From positions 62,001 to 126,000 of the forward strand of contig OZ024746.1 of NCBI GenBank assembly GCA_964016885.1: DNA of 64,000 nucleotides, in the 5' to 3' direction. This document shows, piece after piece, positions 62,946 to 64,000 of the stretch (position 1 is its first letter; every line of letters starts with the position of its first letter). The notes below the pieces were generated by a model. The model was not told the DNA's origin, searched no databases, and saw only the letters and a program-made list of their open reading frames with translations. The position numbers and the translations under genes were made by a program. Source of the DNA: Eledone cirrhosa (lineage: Eukaryota).

Positions 62946-64000
62946 AATATTCTACTGGGATCATAATATGAAATATTGTAGTCTAAAATGTCAAGTATTA
63001 CTTAATGTTATTTATTTGATGAATAATGTGGATAACATTTAATTTTAGACATATTTCCTATATAACTGGACAATACAAGCTTCCATGTTTGTTCCATTTT
63101 AACATCCTGGATTGAGAATATCCTTCAATAACATCTTGCCATTAATGGAAGTGTAAAACACTTAAAAAAAAGAAAAATATAAGATTTCAGGAAGAGCCCT
63201 GTGGTGCTTCTAATACAGGGAATTCTTTTGGTACAATGAAATGTTTTAGGTGAGACATAAATGTTAGTTGTAGGGAAATGTCTTCAATACTTGATGCCTT
63301 TTAACCCTTTTGATATCAAACTGCCTGAAACTGTCCCTGCTTCTATAATACAAAGCTATTTTAAGGGGTTTACACTTTTCTAAGACATTCCACACTGTAA
63401 ATGTGGTTGGTGTTAGGAAGGGCATCCAACTGTAAAAAGAAAATGGTCAAAATACAGTTCTGTTTGAGTAAGGTGCAACACGGCCAATTGGCCAGACTTG
63501 TCTCATAATGTGGACGACCCATCTAATCCATGCAAGTGTGAAAAAAATAGATGTTAAATGGTGATAATGATGATGATTCTATCATAATTCTATAAAGGAA
63601 CTTTTGTTAAGTTTTGTTCCAAACACCAGCTTAATAATGATTTCTAAGTTAGGCACAAGGCCAGCAATTTGAAGGAGAGTGAAAGTCAATTAAATCAATT
63701 TCAGTAGTTGTGCTTTATTTTATCAGTTCCAGAAGGGCAAAGTTGACCTCAACAAAATTTGAACTCAGCACAAACAACCAGAACAAATACTAAGCATGTG
63801 TTTGATGTTCCAACAATTCTGCTAATCCACCACTCTGCACCAACTTAATAATGAATAAGTTTGTTTTATTACTAAATTCCTCCAAATTCTTAAATATTTT
63901 CAAAATCATAAGCAATGTCTTTCATTAGAAATATCTACTGTATATATTGGAGTAATGGGCCTAGTGTTGGTGATGTACATAATAAATGCACCAAATACAT

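Overview
AT-rich, microsatellite- and SINE-dense eukaryotic genomic DNA. The repeat landscape (RTE LINEs with (ATG)n tails, tRNA-headed SINEs with RTE tails, Nin-like SINEs) suggests an invertebrate, most likely an octopus or other cephalopod (inference, not proven). Nearly all long ORFs come from decayed transposable elements: an autonomous-type Helitron (STPR repeats, HUH Rep, PIF1 helicase) followed head-to-tail by two non-autonomous Helitrons (4107-12938); a near full-length RTE LINE with a PHD-type finger inside ORF2 plus several fragments; a CR1 fragment; a Tx1/L1-clade LINE nested in a hAT element that has intact TIRs and an 8-bp TSD; a fourth Helitron; and piggyBac-like, mariner-like and foldback MITEs. 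Manual reading of splice sites on the minus strand finds two host genes that the ORF track does not resolve. One is the 31-nt exon 2 of a phosphatidylinositol transfer protein (PITP) gene at 3395-3425. The other is an unidentified multi-exon gene across about 25-54 kb whose exons join in phase but carry in-frame stops (probable unitary pseudogene). No prokaryotic features, CRISPR arrays, rRNA or true tRNA genes are supported.
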